DNA of 64,000 bases from Planctomycetota bacterium (GTDB lineage: Bacteria > Planctomycetota > PLA2 > JAEUHO01): the NCBI GenBank assembly GCA_965223505.1, contig CBDCWP010000005.1:1-64000 (forward strand), given 5' to 3'. Under the pieces are notes generated by a model, which searched no databases, had not been told where the DNA came from, and worked only from the letters and a program-made list of their open reading frames with translations. Positions 48,690 to 59,450 of the stretch are shown here, one piece after another. The translations under genes were made by a program, and so were the position numbers. How positions within the stretch are numbered: the first letter of the stretch is position 1; each line of letters begins with the position of its first letter.

Positions 48690-50303
48690 CTATGCGTTGA
48701 CGCCGCCGTAGGCGATCCCCGTCAAGTGCGCCATGTCGCGATGGTACGTGGTCAGGTCGTCGATACAGAGCTCACGCAGATGCTCGTGACCGCATGCGCG
48801 CGCCAGCACCTGCATGAGTTCGACGGCCGACGCGAAGAAGCGCTGTAGCCGTTGCGCGGCCTCGTCGATCGGAAGGCGCGCGCGCAAGTGCGGCTTCTGG
48901 GTCGCGATCCCGACAGGGCAGTTGTTGGTGTGACACGCGCGCATCGCCAGACAGCCGATCGCCTGCAGCGCCGCGTTCGAGACGGCGACGCCGTCGGCGC
49001 CGAGCGCCATCGCCTTGGCGAAGTCGGCCGGCGTGCGCAGGCCGCCGGTGATGATCAGGGTCACGTCGGGGCCGCAGCGATCCAGGTGCCGGCGCGCGCG
49101 CGCGAGCGCGGGAATGGTCGGTACGGAGATGTTGTCGCGGAAGATGAGCGGCGCGGCGCCCGTCCCCCCGCCGCGACCGTCGAGGATCACGTAGTCGCAG
49201 CCGATCCGCAGCGCGACGTCGATGTCCTTCTCGATGTGCTGCGCGGACAGCTTGAACCCGATGGGAATCCCACCCGTCGCCTCGCGCACCTCGTTCGCGA
49301 AGTCGCGGTACTGATCCTCGCGGTCCCAGTCCGGGAACCGCGCGGGCGAGACGGCCGGCTGCCCGGGCTCGAGCCCGCGCACCTCGGCGATCTTGCCGAT
49401 GACCTTCTTGCCAGGGAGATGGCCGCCGGTGCCGGTCTTCGCGCCTTGGCCGCCTTTGAAGTGGAAGGCCTGCACCTTCTTCAGCTTGTCCATGGAGAAG
49501 CCGAACCGTCCCGACGCGAGCTCGTAGAAGTAGCGGCTGTTCTCGGCCTGTTCCTCCGGCAGCATGCCGCCTTCGCCGGAGCAGATGCCCGTGCCGGCCA
49601 GCTCGGCGCCCCTGGAGAGCGCGACCTTGGCCTCCTCCGAAAGCGCCCCGAAGCTCATGTCCGAGACGAACAGAGGGATGTCGAGCTCGAGCGGCTTGGC
49701 CGCCTTGGGTCCGATGACGAGCTCCGTGCCGACGGGCACGTCGTCGAGCTTCGGCAGTCGCGCGAGCTGCGCGGTGACGAATTGAATGTCTTTCCAGCCC
49801 GGCAGCTCGGGGCCGGGAACCCCCATCGCCGAAGCGGGACCGTGGTGACCCGTCTTCGAGAGTCCCTGCGAGGCGAGCTTGTGAATGAACTTCGTGTGCG
49901 GCTCGTCGGTCGTGCCGTGAAAGTCCTGATAGTCGCCTTGATAGTCGTCGCGATCGAAGGCCTGCGGGTGCTCGCGCTCCCACGACTCGATCTCGGCCGC
50001 GTCGACGAAGACGCCGTCGTCCGCGATCCAGGCGTCGAACTTCGCGAGTCGCTCGTCGTTCGCGTACGCGCTCACGCCCGTACGAAAACGAAAGTCCCAG
50101 CTGTGCACGCCGCAGACGATGTCCTCGCCCTCGACGGTGCCGTCGGCGAGCCGCGCGCCGCGATGCGGGCAGCGACCGTACAGGGCGAAGACCTCGTCAC
50201 CGTCTCGAACGAGCACGATGTCGACGCCCTTGACGTGCGCGCCGAACGGCTTACGTTCCGCGATGTCCGCCAGGTCGGCCACCTTGTGCTCTTTGCGCGG
50301 CAT
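48690..50303 (-). CDS. Rieske [2Fe-2S] + FMN-binding glutamate-synthase-like protein
   Basis: CPH...CGVH Rieske ligands; MSFGALS, SGEGG, GQGAKTG, C-x5-C-x4-CPVG. Confidence 0.88.
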   Translation of the reverse strand: MPRKEHKVADLADIAERKPFGAHVKGVDIVLVRDGDEVFALYGRCPHRGARLADGTVEGEDIVCGVHSWDFRFRTGVSAYANDERLAKFDAWIADDGVFVDAAEIESWEREHPQAFDRDDYQGDYQDFHGTTDEPHTKFIHKLASQGLSKTGHHGPASAMGVPGPELPGWKDIQFVTAQLARLPKLDDVPVGTELVIGPKAAKPLELDIPLFVSDMSFGALSEEAKVALSRGAELAGTGICSGEGGMLPEEQAENSRYFYELASGRFGFSMDKLKKVQAFHFKGGQGAKTGTGGHLPGKKVIGKIAEVRGLEPGQPAVSPARFPDWDREDQYRDFANEVREATGGIPIGFKLSAQHIEKDIDVALRIGCDYVILDGRGGGTGAAPLIFRDNISVPTIPALARARRHLDRCGPDVTLIITGGLRTPADFAKAMALGADGVAVSNAALQAIGCLAMRACHTNNCPVGIATQKPHLRARLPIDEAAQRLQRFFASAVELMQVLARACGHEHLRELCIDDLTTYHRDMAHLTGIAYGGVNA

Positions 50304-50582
50304 GCCGCCCCCTTTCAGCGTGGGTTGCGGAGTCTAGAGCGTTCCACGCCCGCCAACAAGGGAGCGGCGCTTGCCGTCCAACATGCACGTCCCGGCCGCC
50401 TGGCACACGCCGGTTTGCATGAACGCGTGCCGGCGGCGCAGCCCACGCGCGTTGACGTCGCGCGCGCGAGCACCGGTCTCGTATCGAAAGCCGTAGCCGG
50501 GCGCATCAAGAGGATCGCCGACCGAAGCAGGACGAGCCTTCGGACAGACTCTGGTTCCGGAATGCCCGATTCCCGGAATGCC

Positions 50583-51569
50583 CTAGTTCCGGAAGGCCTT
50601 ATGGCACTGGCTGCACAGGTTCTTCAACGTGCCGTAGGCGCGGTCGGCGGCGGCATGGTTGTCCGCACGCAGTGCCTTCTCGAGCGCGACACCGGCCTTC
50701 TCGCTGTCCCGGTTGAAGCGCTTGAACGCGGCGCCATGCGCTTCGATCTCCTCGAGGCGATCGATCTCCCGGCAAAGCTCCCACAACATGCGCGCCTCGT
50801 GCGGCGGGTTGATGTCGGGGTGATCCGGCAGCTTCTTCCAGCCCAGCAGCTTCGACGCCTTCAGGTACTCGAAGCGGTGCGAGAGGTCGACCATCATCGC
50901 CCGCATGCCCTGCGGAACGACGCGGCTCGGAAGATCGGCGGACACCTTCGCGACGGCTTCGGCGCTCGGCACCTCGAAGTTGCGCACGTCGCGCCAGAGA
51001 CCTTCGTAGTTCTCGCTCGTGCCGCTCAACACCAGACCCTGAACGCCGTCCTCGTTCGAGATCCCGTCGGCGCACATCCGCGCGATCTGCGCGGCCGCGG
51101 GGCCTCGATGCTTGCCGTGGTGGCAGTGCACGTAGATGGGCCCTTCCGTGATCTTCACGGTCTTCGCGATCTGGAGCGCGACATCGTGCGGCACGGCGTC
51201 GTAACCGATCGGAAGGTGCACGTAGCGAAGGCCGTAGCGCTTCGCGAGCTCGACCTCCGGCAGCGCTCCGTCGACCGTCAGGATCGTCTTGTAGCCGAGC
51301 GCGGCCAGGTTCTTGAACGCGATCTCTCCGACGGGCTGCGCGCCCTGACCGATCTGGTCCGACCAACGGCGATGGCGGTGGAGGCCCTCGGGCTCGCCGT
51401 TCTCGTCGTAGAGCACGCGCTCCTGGGCCTGGCGCCGCTCGGCCTCCGTCGGCATCAAGCGGTTGCCGCCCTGTGCCTCGATCTCTTCCCCGGAGCCGAT
51501 GAACGAGCCCACGGCCAAGGTCAGGATGCCGACGACGAGCAGCACGGAGATGGAGAGCAACGCCTTCAC
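50583..51569 (-). CDS. Exported CX5R phosphatase/sulfurtransferase-like domain fused to cytochrome c'
   Basis: Signal peptide; GAQP, YVHLPI, VHCHHGKHRG; C-terminal CSQCHKAFR. Confidence 0.75.
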   Translation of the reverse strand: MKALLSISVLLVVGILTLAVGSFIGSGEEIEAQGGNRLMPTEAERRQAQERVLYDENGEPEGLHRHRRWSDQIGQGAQPVGEIAFKNLAALGYKTILTVDGALPEVELAKRYGLRYVHLPIGYDAVPHDVALQIAKTVKITEGPIYVHCHHGKHRGPAAAQIARMCADGISNEDGVQGLVLSGTSENYEGLWRDVRNFEVPSAEAVAKVSADLPSRVVPQGMRAMMVDLSHRFEYLKASKLLGWKKLPDHPDINPPHEARMLWELCREIDRLEEIEAHGAAFKRFNRDSEKAGVALEKALRADNHAAADRAYGTLKNLCSQCHKAFRN

Positions 51570-51783
51570 GCCCCTCGCAGCGCAAGTCCCGTACCCCCGG
51601 TGCCGGCCCCTTGAAATAGGGCTTTGCGCGCCGCGGCCGTATCGGAGGCGCAACACACGTCGCGGATCGGTAGCGGCCGAGGGTTCCCGCCCGTATCGCG
51701 GCCCCGGGAATCGGCGCCGCCCCGTCCCGGGCGGCCGAGGGGCGCCCCGCCACCCACGAATATCATGCCGGGCGGAGGTGGCG

Positions 51784-52137
51784 ATGAGCTTGATGAAGTA
51801 CCTGTTCGACCACGATCTGCTGCAGCGCGGGGACATCGAAGATCTGCGTCGACGCAGTTCCGCCGCCGAGCGCCGATCCCGGCGGCAGAGCCGGAACACG
51901 GCAAAGCGCATCGACGATCTCGAGGGCGAGGTCGCCGAGCTGGCGTTGTTGTGCCGCGCGCTGCTGACGGTGCTGCACGAGTCCGACGTCATCGACGCCC
52001 AGCAATTCTCCGACGTCATGCGCCGCATCGACGCGGAAGACGGCGTCATCGACGGCAAGATCACGCCGGACGACGAACGGCCGCGCGCCCCGCAGCCGCC
52101 GATCGCGGCGCCCCAACGTTCGCGACGCAATCGCTAG
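51784..52137 (+). CDS. Hypothetical coiled-coil protein
   Basis: GGAGGT RBS; ID..DGVIDGK tail. Confidence 0.7.
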   Translation: MSLMKYLFDHDLLQRGDIEDLRRRSSAAERRSRRQSRNTAKRIDDLEGEVAELALLCRALLTVLHESDVIDAQQFSDVMRRIDAEDGVIDGKITPDDERPRAPQPPIAAPQRSRRNR

Positions 52138-53177
52138 TGCGCGCGGCGATCCGACACGGATTGATCTATGCCGCGCTGCTCGGATCGGCTGGTTGCGGCG
52201 AGAACACCGCGCCGTCGTTGCCGCCGGAGCCCGCGATCGAGAGCACGCTGAACGAACGGGTGCAAGCCGAGGAGGCGAAGCGCTTGGGTGTTCCCGTCTC
52301 GTTCGAGAACGACCTGGGCATGACGTTCGTGTTCGTGCCCGCGGGTTCCTTCGGAATGGGGTCGCCGCGGCAAGCACCCGGACATCAGGACGACGAGACG
52401 TTGCACCGGGTGCAGATGCGGGTTCCGTTCTACATCCAGACGGAGGCGGTCACGGTGAGCCAGCTGCGCCGCTTCTTGGATACGTCGGGCGCAGGAACCG
52501 ATACCGCGACGAACGTGTCGTACGCACAGGCGACGTCTTTCGCCGGCTCGCTGTCCGCACAGAGCCCCTCACGCCGGTACCGGCTTCCGACCGAGGCCGA
52601 GTGGGCCTATGCCGTCCTCGGGCTGTCGAGTCTGCGGCGCTCGCACGCCGAGTGGTGCCACGACTGGTACGCGCCCTATCCGGATTGGACGGTGCAGAAC
52701 TACGCCGGGCCGAACGAGGGCACGAAACGGGTCGTGCGCGGTTGGAACGACGGCGACCAACCCGCGCGGACGACACGACGGCACGCCCTGGCGCCGACGG
52801 AACGACACCCCGACGTCGGCTTCCGGCTCGTCGCCGAGGTCGGCTACGGCGGTGCGAACCTCGGATCGGTCGCCGTCACGATCGAGAGTCGCGTGCGTGA
52901 CGCGGAAGGCGTCGATCGAGAACGCAAGAACGGCTATCGCGTCCGCGTGATCAGCGTGCTCGACCGGCTCGCGGATCGACAGGCGGGGGACGAGGAGACG
53001 TGGCGCGAGTTCGAAGGCGCGACGCCGCTGTCGCTCAAGATGATCCCCGCGCGCTACTACCTTTACGTGTACCGCGAGGACGGCGATCGGGAGGTGCGCG
53101 GCCGGGAGGAGAAGGTCGACGTGCGCGGCGAGGCGCTGACGATCACGCTCCCGATTCCCGCGGAAGACGCGCCGTAG
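52137..53177 (+). CDS. FGE-sulfatase (SUMF1)-domain lipoprotein
   Basis: GMTFVFVPAGSFGMGSP, YRLPTEAEW, EWCHDWY, RVVRG, GFRLV. Confidence 0.8.
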   Translation: MRAAIRHGLIYAALLGSAGCGENTAPSLPPEPAIESTLNERVQAEEAKRLGVPVSFENDLGMTFVFVPAGSFGMGSPRQAPGHQDDETLHRVQMRVPFYIQTEAVTVSQLRRFLDTSGAGTDTATNVSYAQATSFAGSLSAQSPSRRYRLPTEAEWAYAVLGLSSLRRSHAEWCHDWYAPYPDWTVQNYAGPNEGTKRVVRGWNDGDQPARTTRRHALAPTERHPDVGFRLVAEVGYGGANLGSVAVTIESRVRDAEGVDRERKNGYRVRVISVLDRLADRQAGDEETWREFEGATPLSLKMIPARYYLYVYREDGDREVRGREEKVDVRGEALTITLPIPAEDAP

Positions 53178-53207
53178 CATCGCCGTCGATCCCCGTACAA
53201 TCCGCCC

Positions 53208-54056
53208 GTGTGGGTCGCCGCCGCCCTTCTCGTGTCCGTCGCATTCTCGGGGCCGGGCTCGGATGACATCCAGCGCGCGGCGCGCAAGGTCGTGTCGGAT
53301 AGCGACTACCAGTCGAAGCACCAGCTGCGCAAGCCGCGCTCCGAAGGCGGGAACGACGTCCGGCTCGACGAAGACTGGGACGACCTCCAGAACTGGGAGC
53401 GCAGAGGTGGCGGCGCGCCGGCGCCCGAGGACGACGGCGGTGTAGTGGACCGCACCGACCGCGACGATCTCGGCGAGCGACGACGCAACCGGCGCGGGAT
53501 CGACCGCACGGCACGCCGCAGGCCGCGTGACATCCCACGGCGGGACGAGCCGGAGATCGACAGCTCGTCGGGCTCGATGGACCTGTCCGGCGTCTTCACC
53601 GTGCTGGGCTGGACCGTCGTCGGCGTCATCGCCGTGCTCGCCGTGGTCTGGCTGGTCAACGCGCTCACGGGCTACAACCAGAACGTCAAGGCCAAGAAAG
53701 ACGCGGATCCGCCGGTGCCGGACACCGAGAAGACCGCCGCGCTGGTGCGCCCGAAGAGCGAGGCCGAGCTGCTGGCCGAAGCGGGCAAGTTCGGCGAAGC
53801 GATTCACGTCCTGCTCCTGCTCACGTTGGCCGAGCTGGCCCGCAACCAGAAGGGTGTTCTGCGGGACTCCATGACGAGTCGCGAGATCGTCGCCGGTGTA
53901 CCGGTGCCTGAGTCCGCGCGTCCGTCGCTGGCCGGGCTGGTGCAGGCGGTGGAGCGCTCGTTGTTCGGCGGGGTCGAGCCGGCTCGCGCCGACTTCGAGG
54001 TCTGCCTCGACCACTTCAACACCTTCGCTGCCGCCTACGCCGAGGGCGCGGCGTGA
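53208..54056 (+). CDS. DUF4129-type membrane protein
   Basis: AEAGKFGEAI, SMTSRE, ERSLFGG; first gene of the MoxR operon. Confidence 0.75.
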   Translation: MWVAAALLVSVAFSGPGSDDIQRAARKVVSDSDYQSKHQLRKPRSEGGNDVRLDEDWDDLQNWERRGGGAPAPEDDGGVVDRTDRDDLGERRRNRRGIDRTARRRPRDIPRRDEPEIDSSSGSMDLSGVFTVLGWTVVGVIAVLAVVWLVNALTGYNQNVKAKKDADPPVPDTEKTAALVRPKSEAELLAEAGKFGEAIHVLLLLTLAELARNQKGVLRDSMTSREIVAGVPVPESARPSLAGLVQAVERSLFGGVEPARADFEVCLDHFNTFAAAYAEGAA

Positions 54057-55259
54057 GCGCACCCGCTTTCTCCCGGCGTGCCACGCAGATCCTCGTCGGC
54101 GTCACCACCCTTTCGTTCCTCGCCGCGTTGGCGCTCTCGGTCTTCGGTCCGGAGCTGATGCCGGTCGAATCGCACGAGGCCGACGCGTACAGCTACTCGT
54201 CGGTCGGGCACGGCGCGCTGGTCGACACGCTGCGCGAGCTCGACATTCCGGTTTTCGTGAGCTCGTGGCAGTCCGGCCGGCGCGCGGGCAAGCGCGGCGT
54301 CCTCGTGTTGATCGAACCTCGAGTGGGCCGGCACTTCGAGCCGATCACGGACGAGGACTTCCTCGCCGAGATCACACAGGCCGAGGCGTGCCTGCTGGTG
54401 CTGCCGAAGTGGCGGGTGCGCGAGAGCCGCGGCAAAGCAGGCTGGGCGGAGGACGCGACGCCTCGATTGGAAGCCGAGGTGCTCGAGTCGCTGGACGCCG
54501 TCGAGGTGCCGGCCGAGATCGCCCGCGTGGAGGTGACGAGCACCTGGCGCATGAACGAATTCGGCGAACCGCCGGTCCTGGCACATCCACAGCTGCTGCG
54601 GTCGCAGACGCTCGACCCGTTGATCGCGTGCGACGAAGGCATGCTCGCGGGGGAGACGATGTTCGACGGAACACGCCTGATCGTCGTGTCGGATCCGGAC
54701 CTGCTGTCGAACGTGGGCATGCGCGAGGGCGCCAACGCCGTGCTCGCGGTGCGGCTGATCGAGCACCTGCGTCGCGACGGCGCCGTCGTCGTCGACGAGA
54801 CGCTGCACGGGTACTACTTCGAGCCGTCGATCTGGCGGGAGCTGTTCACGTTTCCGCTCTCGCTCATCGTCGCGCACGTGGTTCTCTGGCTGGTCGTCCT
54901 GCTGTGGGCGGCCATGGGCCGCTTCGGCTCGCCGAAGCGCGAGGCGCCGCCGCTCGAACCCGGCAACCGCTTCCTGATCCGCAACACCGCGGACCTGCTG
55001 CGGTTCGGCGGACACAAGGGACACGTCGTCGAGCGCTACCTCGCGGACAGCGTGCGCCAGGTGGCCGAGACGCTGCACGCGCCGCGGGACGCGCGGAGCG
55101 GCAAGCCGCTGCAAGACTGGATCGCGCACATCGAGGAAGCGCGCGGCGTCGGGACGCCCCTCTCGAGCTTCGCGCACCCATCCCAGGTGGCGCAGGCCGG
55201 TGAAGAGCGCGCGGTGGCAATCGCCGTGCAGATCCATGAATGGAAACAGGAGATCCTGG

Positions 55260-55282
<23 letters not shown>
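54053..55282 (+). CDS. DUF4350-type membrane protein
   Basis: [30 protein letters not shown]. Confidence 0.75.
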
Positions 55283-56216
<934 letters not shown>

Positions 56217-56218
56217 CC

Positions 56219-57523
56219 ATGCGCCCGACGGCTCGCACACTCTGGTTGTTCGCGCTCGGCCTTCCCCTCGCGGCGGCACCGGCGATCCTCTCGACGCGGT
56301 TGTGGCCCTTCTGGCTCATGTTCGTCGCGTTCGCGCTGCTGGCCGTCGGCATCGACGTGTTGCTCTGCCTGCCGCGCCGGTACATCACGTCCAAGGTCAC
56401 CGTGCCGCCGCAGATCGCCATCGGACTTCCCGCGCACGCCACGCTCGAGCTCACCGCGCCGCGCGCCGCGACGATCGACGTGCTCGTCGAGCTCAGCGCG
56501 CGGCTGCGTCCGCAGCCCCAAACGCGCGCGCAGCTGGCGCGGGACGCGACGACGCGCGTGACCATCGAGCTCGCGGCCCTGCGGCGGGGCACAGCGCGGC
56601 TCGAGCGCATGTGGTTGCGTTGGTACGGTCCCTTGGGCCTCATCGCGGCGCAGCAGCAGCGCGCGATCGACGAGGAGGTCGCGGTCGTCCCGAACATCGC
56701 GCCCGTCCAAAGCGTCGCGCTGCGCTACTTCACGCCGCGCGAGGCGGCTTCGGGCCTGAAGGTCGAGCGCTACGTCGGAGACGGCACCGAGTTCGAGGCG
56801 CTGCGCGAGTACGTGCCCGGTTTCGACGCGCGTTCGCTGAACTGGCGCGCGACGGCGCGCCACCGCAAGCTGATCTGCAACGAATTCCGCGCGGAGCGCA
56901 ACCATCAGGTCGTGCTGGCCTTCGACACGGGACACCTGATGAGCGAGCCGATCGAGGGGATTCCGAAGCTGGACCACGCCATTACCGCTGGTTTGGTGAC
57001 GGGGTACGCCTGCTTGCGCACGGGCGACCGGGTGGGCCTGTTCGCGTTCGACGAGCAGGTGCGCACGTACTCGGAGCCGCAGGGGGGCGTCCACAACTTC
57101 CACCGGATTCAGCGCCTCACGTCGAACCTGTCGTACCACGCGACCGAAAGCAACTTCACGCTGGGGCTCGCCGAGCTGTCGAGCCGGCTGCGCCGCCGAT
57201 CGCTCGTGGTGTTGCTGACCGACTTCGTCGACACGGTGACGACGGAGTTGATGCTCGACAACATCGCGCTGCTGTCGAAACGTCATCTCGTCATCTTCGT
57301 GGCGATTCGCGACGTCGGTCCGCAGATCATTCGCGCGCGCGAGCCTCGATCGCTCCGGACGTTGTACGAGTCGGTCGTCGCGACGGATTTCGTACGAGAA
57401 CGCGAGCTCGTCTTGAAGCGGCTGCGGCGCATGGGCGTCCACTGTCTGGATGCGCCGCCGTCGCACGTCGGCCCGAAGCTGCTCAACCGCTACCTCGACA
57501 TCAAGCGCAGGGAGCTCGTCTGA
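56219..57523 (+). CDS. DUF58 (vWA-like) protein
   Basis: [27 protein letters not shown]. Confidence 0.9.
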   Translation: MRPTARTLWLFALGLPLAAAPAILSTRLWPFWLMFVAFALLAVGIDVLLCLPRRYITSKVTVPPQIAIGLPAHATLELTAPRAATIDVLVELSARLRPQPQTRAQLARDATTRVTIELAALRRGTARLERMWLRWYGPLGLIAAQQQRAIDEEVAVVPNIAPVQSVALRYFTPREAASGLKVERYVGDGTEFEALREYVPGFDARSLNWRATARHRKLICNEFRAERNHQVVLAFDTGHLMSEPIEGIPKLDHAITAGLVTGYACLRTGDRVGLFAFDEQVRTYSEPQGGVHNFHRIQRLTSNLSYHATESNFTLGLAELSSRLRRRSLVVLLTDFVDTVTTELMLDNIALLSKRHLVIFVAIRDVGPQIIRAREPRSLRTLYESVVATDFVRERELVLKRLRRMGVHCLDAPPSHVGPKLLNRYLDIKRRELV

Positions 57524-58539
57524 TGCACGGGGAGGTCCTGAAGAGCTACAAGTTCCGGAAGGAGCGCGAGAAGACCTGGCGGCGCCTGGAGCACCTCGTG
57601 ACCATGGTCGAGGGGCAGGGCCTGAAGGCGCTCAGCGGCAAGCAGCTCTCCCAGCTTCCGGTGCTGTATCGCGCCGCCCTCTCTTCGCTGAGCGTCGCGC
57701 GCTCCATCTCGCTCGACAAGAACCTCCTCGAATACCTCGAGACGCTGTGCCAACGCGCCTACTTCTGCGTCTACGGGACGAAGCGCCACTTGCGCGAGGT
57801 CGTCGCCGAATTCTTCCTGTTGCGCTTTCCCCAGAGCGTGCGCCGGTTTCGATGGCATCTGGTGGCCTCGACGGTGTTCCTCCTGATGGGCACGGCGGCC
57901 GGCTACTTCCTCACGATCGAGAACCCCGACAACTTCTACGCCTTCGTCGCGGAGGACTACGCGCAGGGTCGTGGACCGCACGCCACGACGCAGTCCATGC
58001 GCGAAGGCCTGTACGACGACGGCGGCGCCGGCGCCGGCGCGCTCAGCTACTTCTCGTCGTATCTGTTCACGCACAACGCGCGGGTGGGCATCCTCTGTTT
58101 CGCGCTGGGATTCCTGGCCGGGGTCCCGGTGTTCCTGTTGATGGTCACGAACGGACTTCTGCTCGGCGCCTTCGCGGCCGCATACGAGATTCACGGACTG
58201 TCGGTGGACCTCTGGGGCTGGTTGCTTCCCCACGGCGTCACCGAGTTGCTGGCGATCCTGCTGTGCGGCGCGGCGGGGCTCGCGCTGGGGCAGTCCCTCG
58301 TCTTTCCGGGACGCGAGCGACGGTTGCGCAACCTCGCCAACGCCGGCCGTGAGGCGGGCATCATGGTGATGGGCTCCATCGTCATGCTGTTCTTTGCGGG
58401 CCTCATCGAGGGCATCTTCCGGCAGACCGTCAAGGACATCAACGTGCGCTACGCCGTCGTGTTCTCGAGCGTCGCGTTCTGGGTCTGGTACCTGGGGTTC
58501 GTCGGACGCGGCCGCGCGCGCCGGGGGACGGACGCATGA
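57523..58539 (+). CDS. SpoIIM-family membrane protein
   Basis: [27 protein letters not shown]. Confidence 0.88.
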   Translation: MHGEVLKSYKFRKEREKTWRRLEHLVTMVEGQGLKALSGKQLSQLPVLYRAALSSLSVARSISLDKNLLEYLETLCQRAYFCVYGTKRHLREVVAEFFLLRFPQSVRRFRWHLVASTVFLLMGTAAGYFLTIENPDNFYAFVAEDYAQGRGPHATTQSMREGLYDDGGAGAGALSYFSSYLFTHNARVGILCFALGFLAGVPVFLLMVTNGLLLGAFAAAYEIHGLSVDLWGWLLPHGVTELLAILLCGAAGLALGQSLVFPGRERRLRNLANAGREAGIMVMGSIVMLFFAGLIEGIFRQTVKDINVRYAVVFSSVAFWVWYLGFVGRGRARRGTDA

Positions 58540-59438
58540 CCGCGGCCGTGGGCGACCGCTACCTGGACCGGCGCGAGCGCGGACGACGCCTGAACATCGT
58601 GACGCCCGAAGGCGTGCCGCTGGGCTTCTCCATCGCGCTCGTCGGCGATCGCATCGGCGCATTCCTGCTCGACTTTCTGATCAGCCACGTGGCGATGCTC
58701 GTCATCTTCTTTCTGTTCGTGATCCTCTCGCTGTTCAACGAAGGGCTGCTGCTGGCGTTCATGCTGCTGGCCATCTTCGTGCTGCAGAATTTCTACTTCA
58801 TCTTCTTCGAGATTCGCTGGCAGGGGATGACACCCGGAAAGAAAGCGGTCGGCATCCGCGTCATCAACGCCGACGGCGGCCCCATCACCACCGATGCCAT
58901 CATCGTTCGCAACCTCACTCGTGTCGTCGAGGTCCAGCTGCCGCTCGCCGTGCTGCTACAGCAGATGTTCACGGAGGTTCCGGGTTGGATGACGCTGCTC
59001 GCGTCGATCTGGGTGATCGTGTTCGCCGGCATGCCGCTGTTCAACCGTCTGCGACTGCGCGTCGGCGACATGGTGGCGGGCACGATCGTGGTGTTGCGGC
59101 CGCGCTCGATGCTGCTCGCGGATCTCGGCGGCGCGTCGGAGCGGCGCAGCGTCAAATACGGTTCGATCTTCCGGTTCACGGAGGAACAGATGTCGGTCTA
59201 CGGCATCTACGAGCTCCAGGTGCTCGAGGAGCTCCTGCGTCACAAGCACCTGGACCGGCGCGATGCGATGCGCGTGGTGGGCAACAAGATCCGCAAGAAG
59301 ATCCGCTGGCCGTTCCCGGTCGAGCCGCGCGACGAGCAGCGCTTCCTGGAGGAGTTCTACGCGGCGCTTCGCGCGCACCTGGAACGCCGGATGTTGTTCG
59401 GCAAGCGCAAGGAGGACAAGCACTCCGAGGAGTCGTAG
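58536..59438 (+). CDS. RDD-family membrane protein
   Basis: [28 protein letters not shown]. Confidence 0.9.
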   Translation: MTAAVGDRYLDRRERGRRLNIVTPEGVPLGFSIALVGDRIGAFLLDFLISHVAMLVIFFLFVILSLFNEGLLLAFMLLAIFVLQNFYFIFFEIRWQGMTPGKKAVGIRVINADGGPITTDAIIVRNLTRVVEVQLPLAVLLQQMFTEVPGWMTLLASIWVIVFAGMPLFNRLRLRVGDMVAGTIVVLRPRSMLLADLGGASERRSVKYGSIFRFTEEQMSVYGIYELQVLEELLRHKHLDRRDAMRVVGNKIRKKIRWPFPVEPRDEQRFLEEFYAALRAHLERRMLFGKRKEDKHSEES

Positions 59439-59450
59439 CCTCGCGCAGCG

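Noticed and set aside
50401..50419. Sigma-54-like TGGCAC...TTGCA
   Set aside because: GG-to-GC spacing is 13 nt rather than 10, and it is on the opposite strand to the nearby genes
50558..50597. Short direct repeat CCGGAATGCCC twice, plus a variant in the gene end
   Set aside because: Too short and no spacers; a local duplication, not CRISPR
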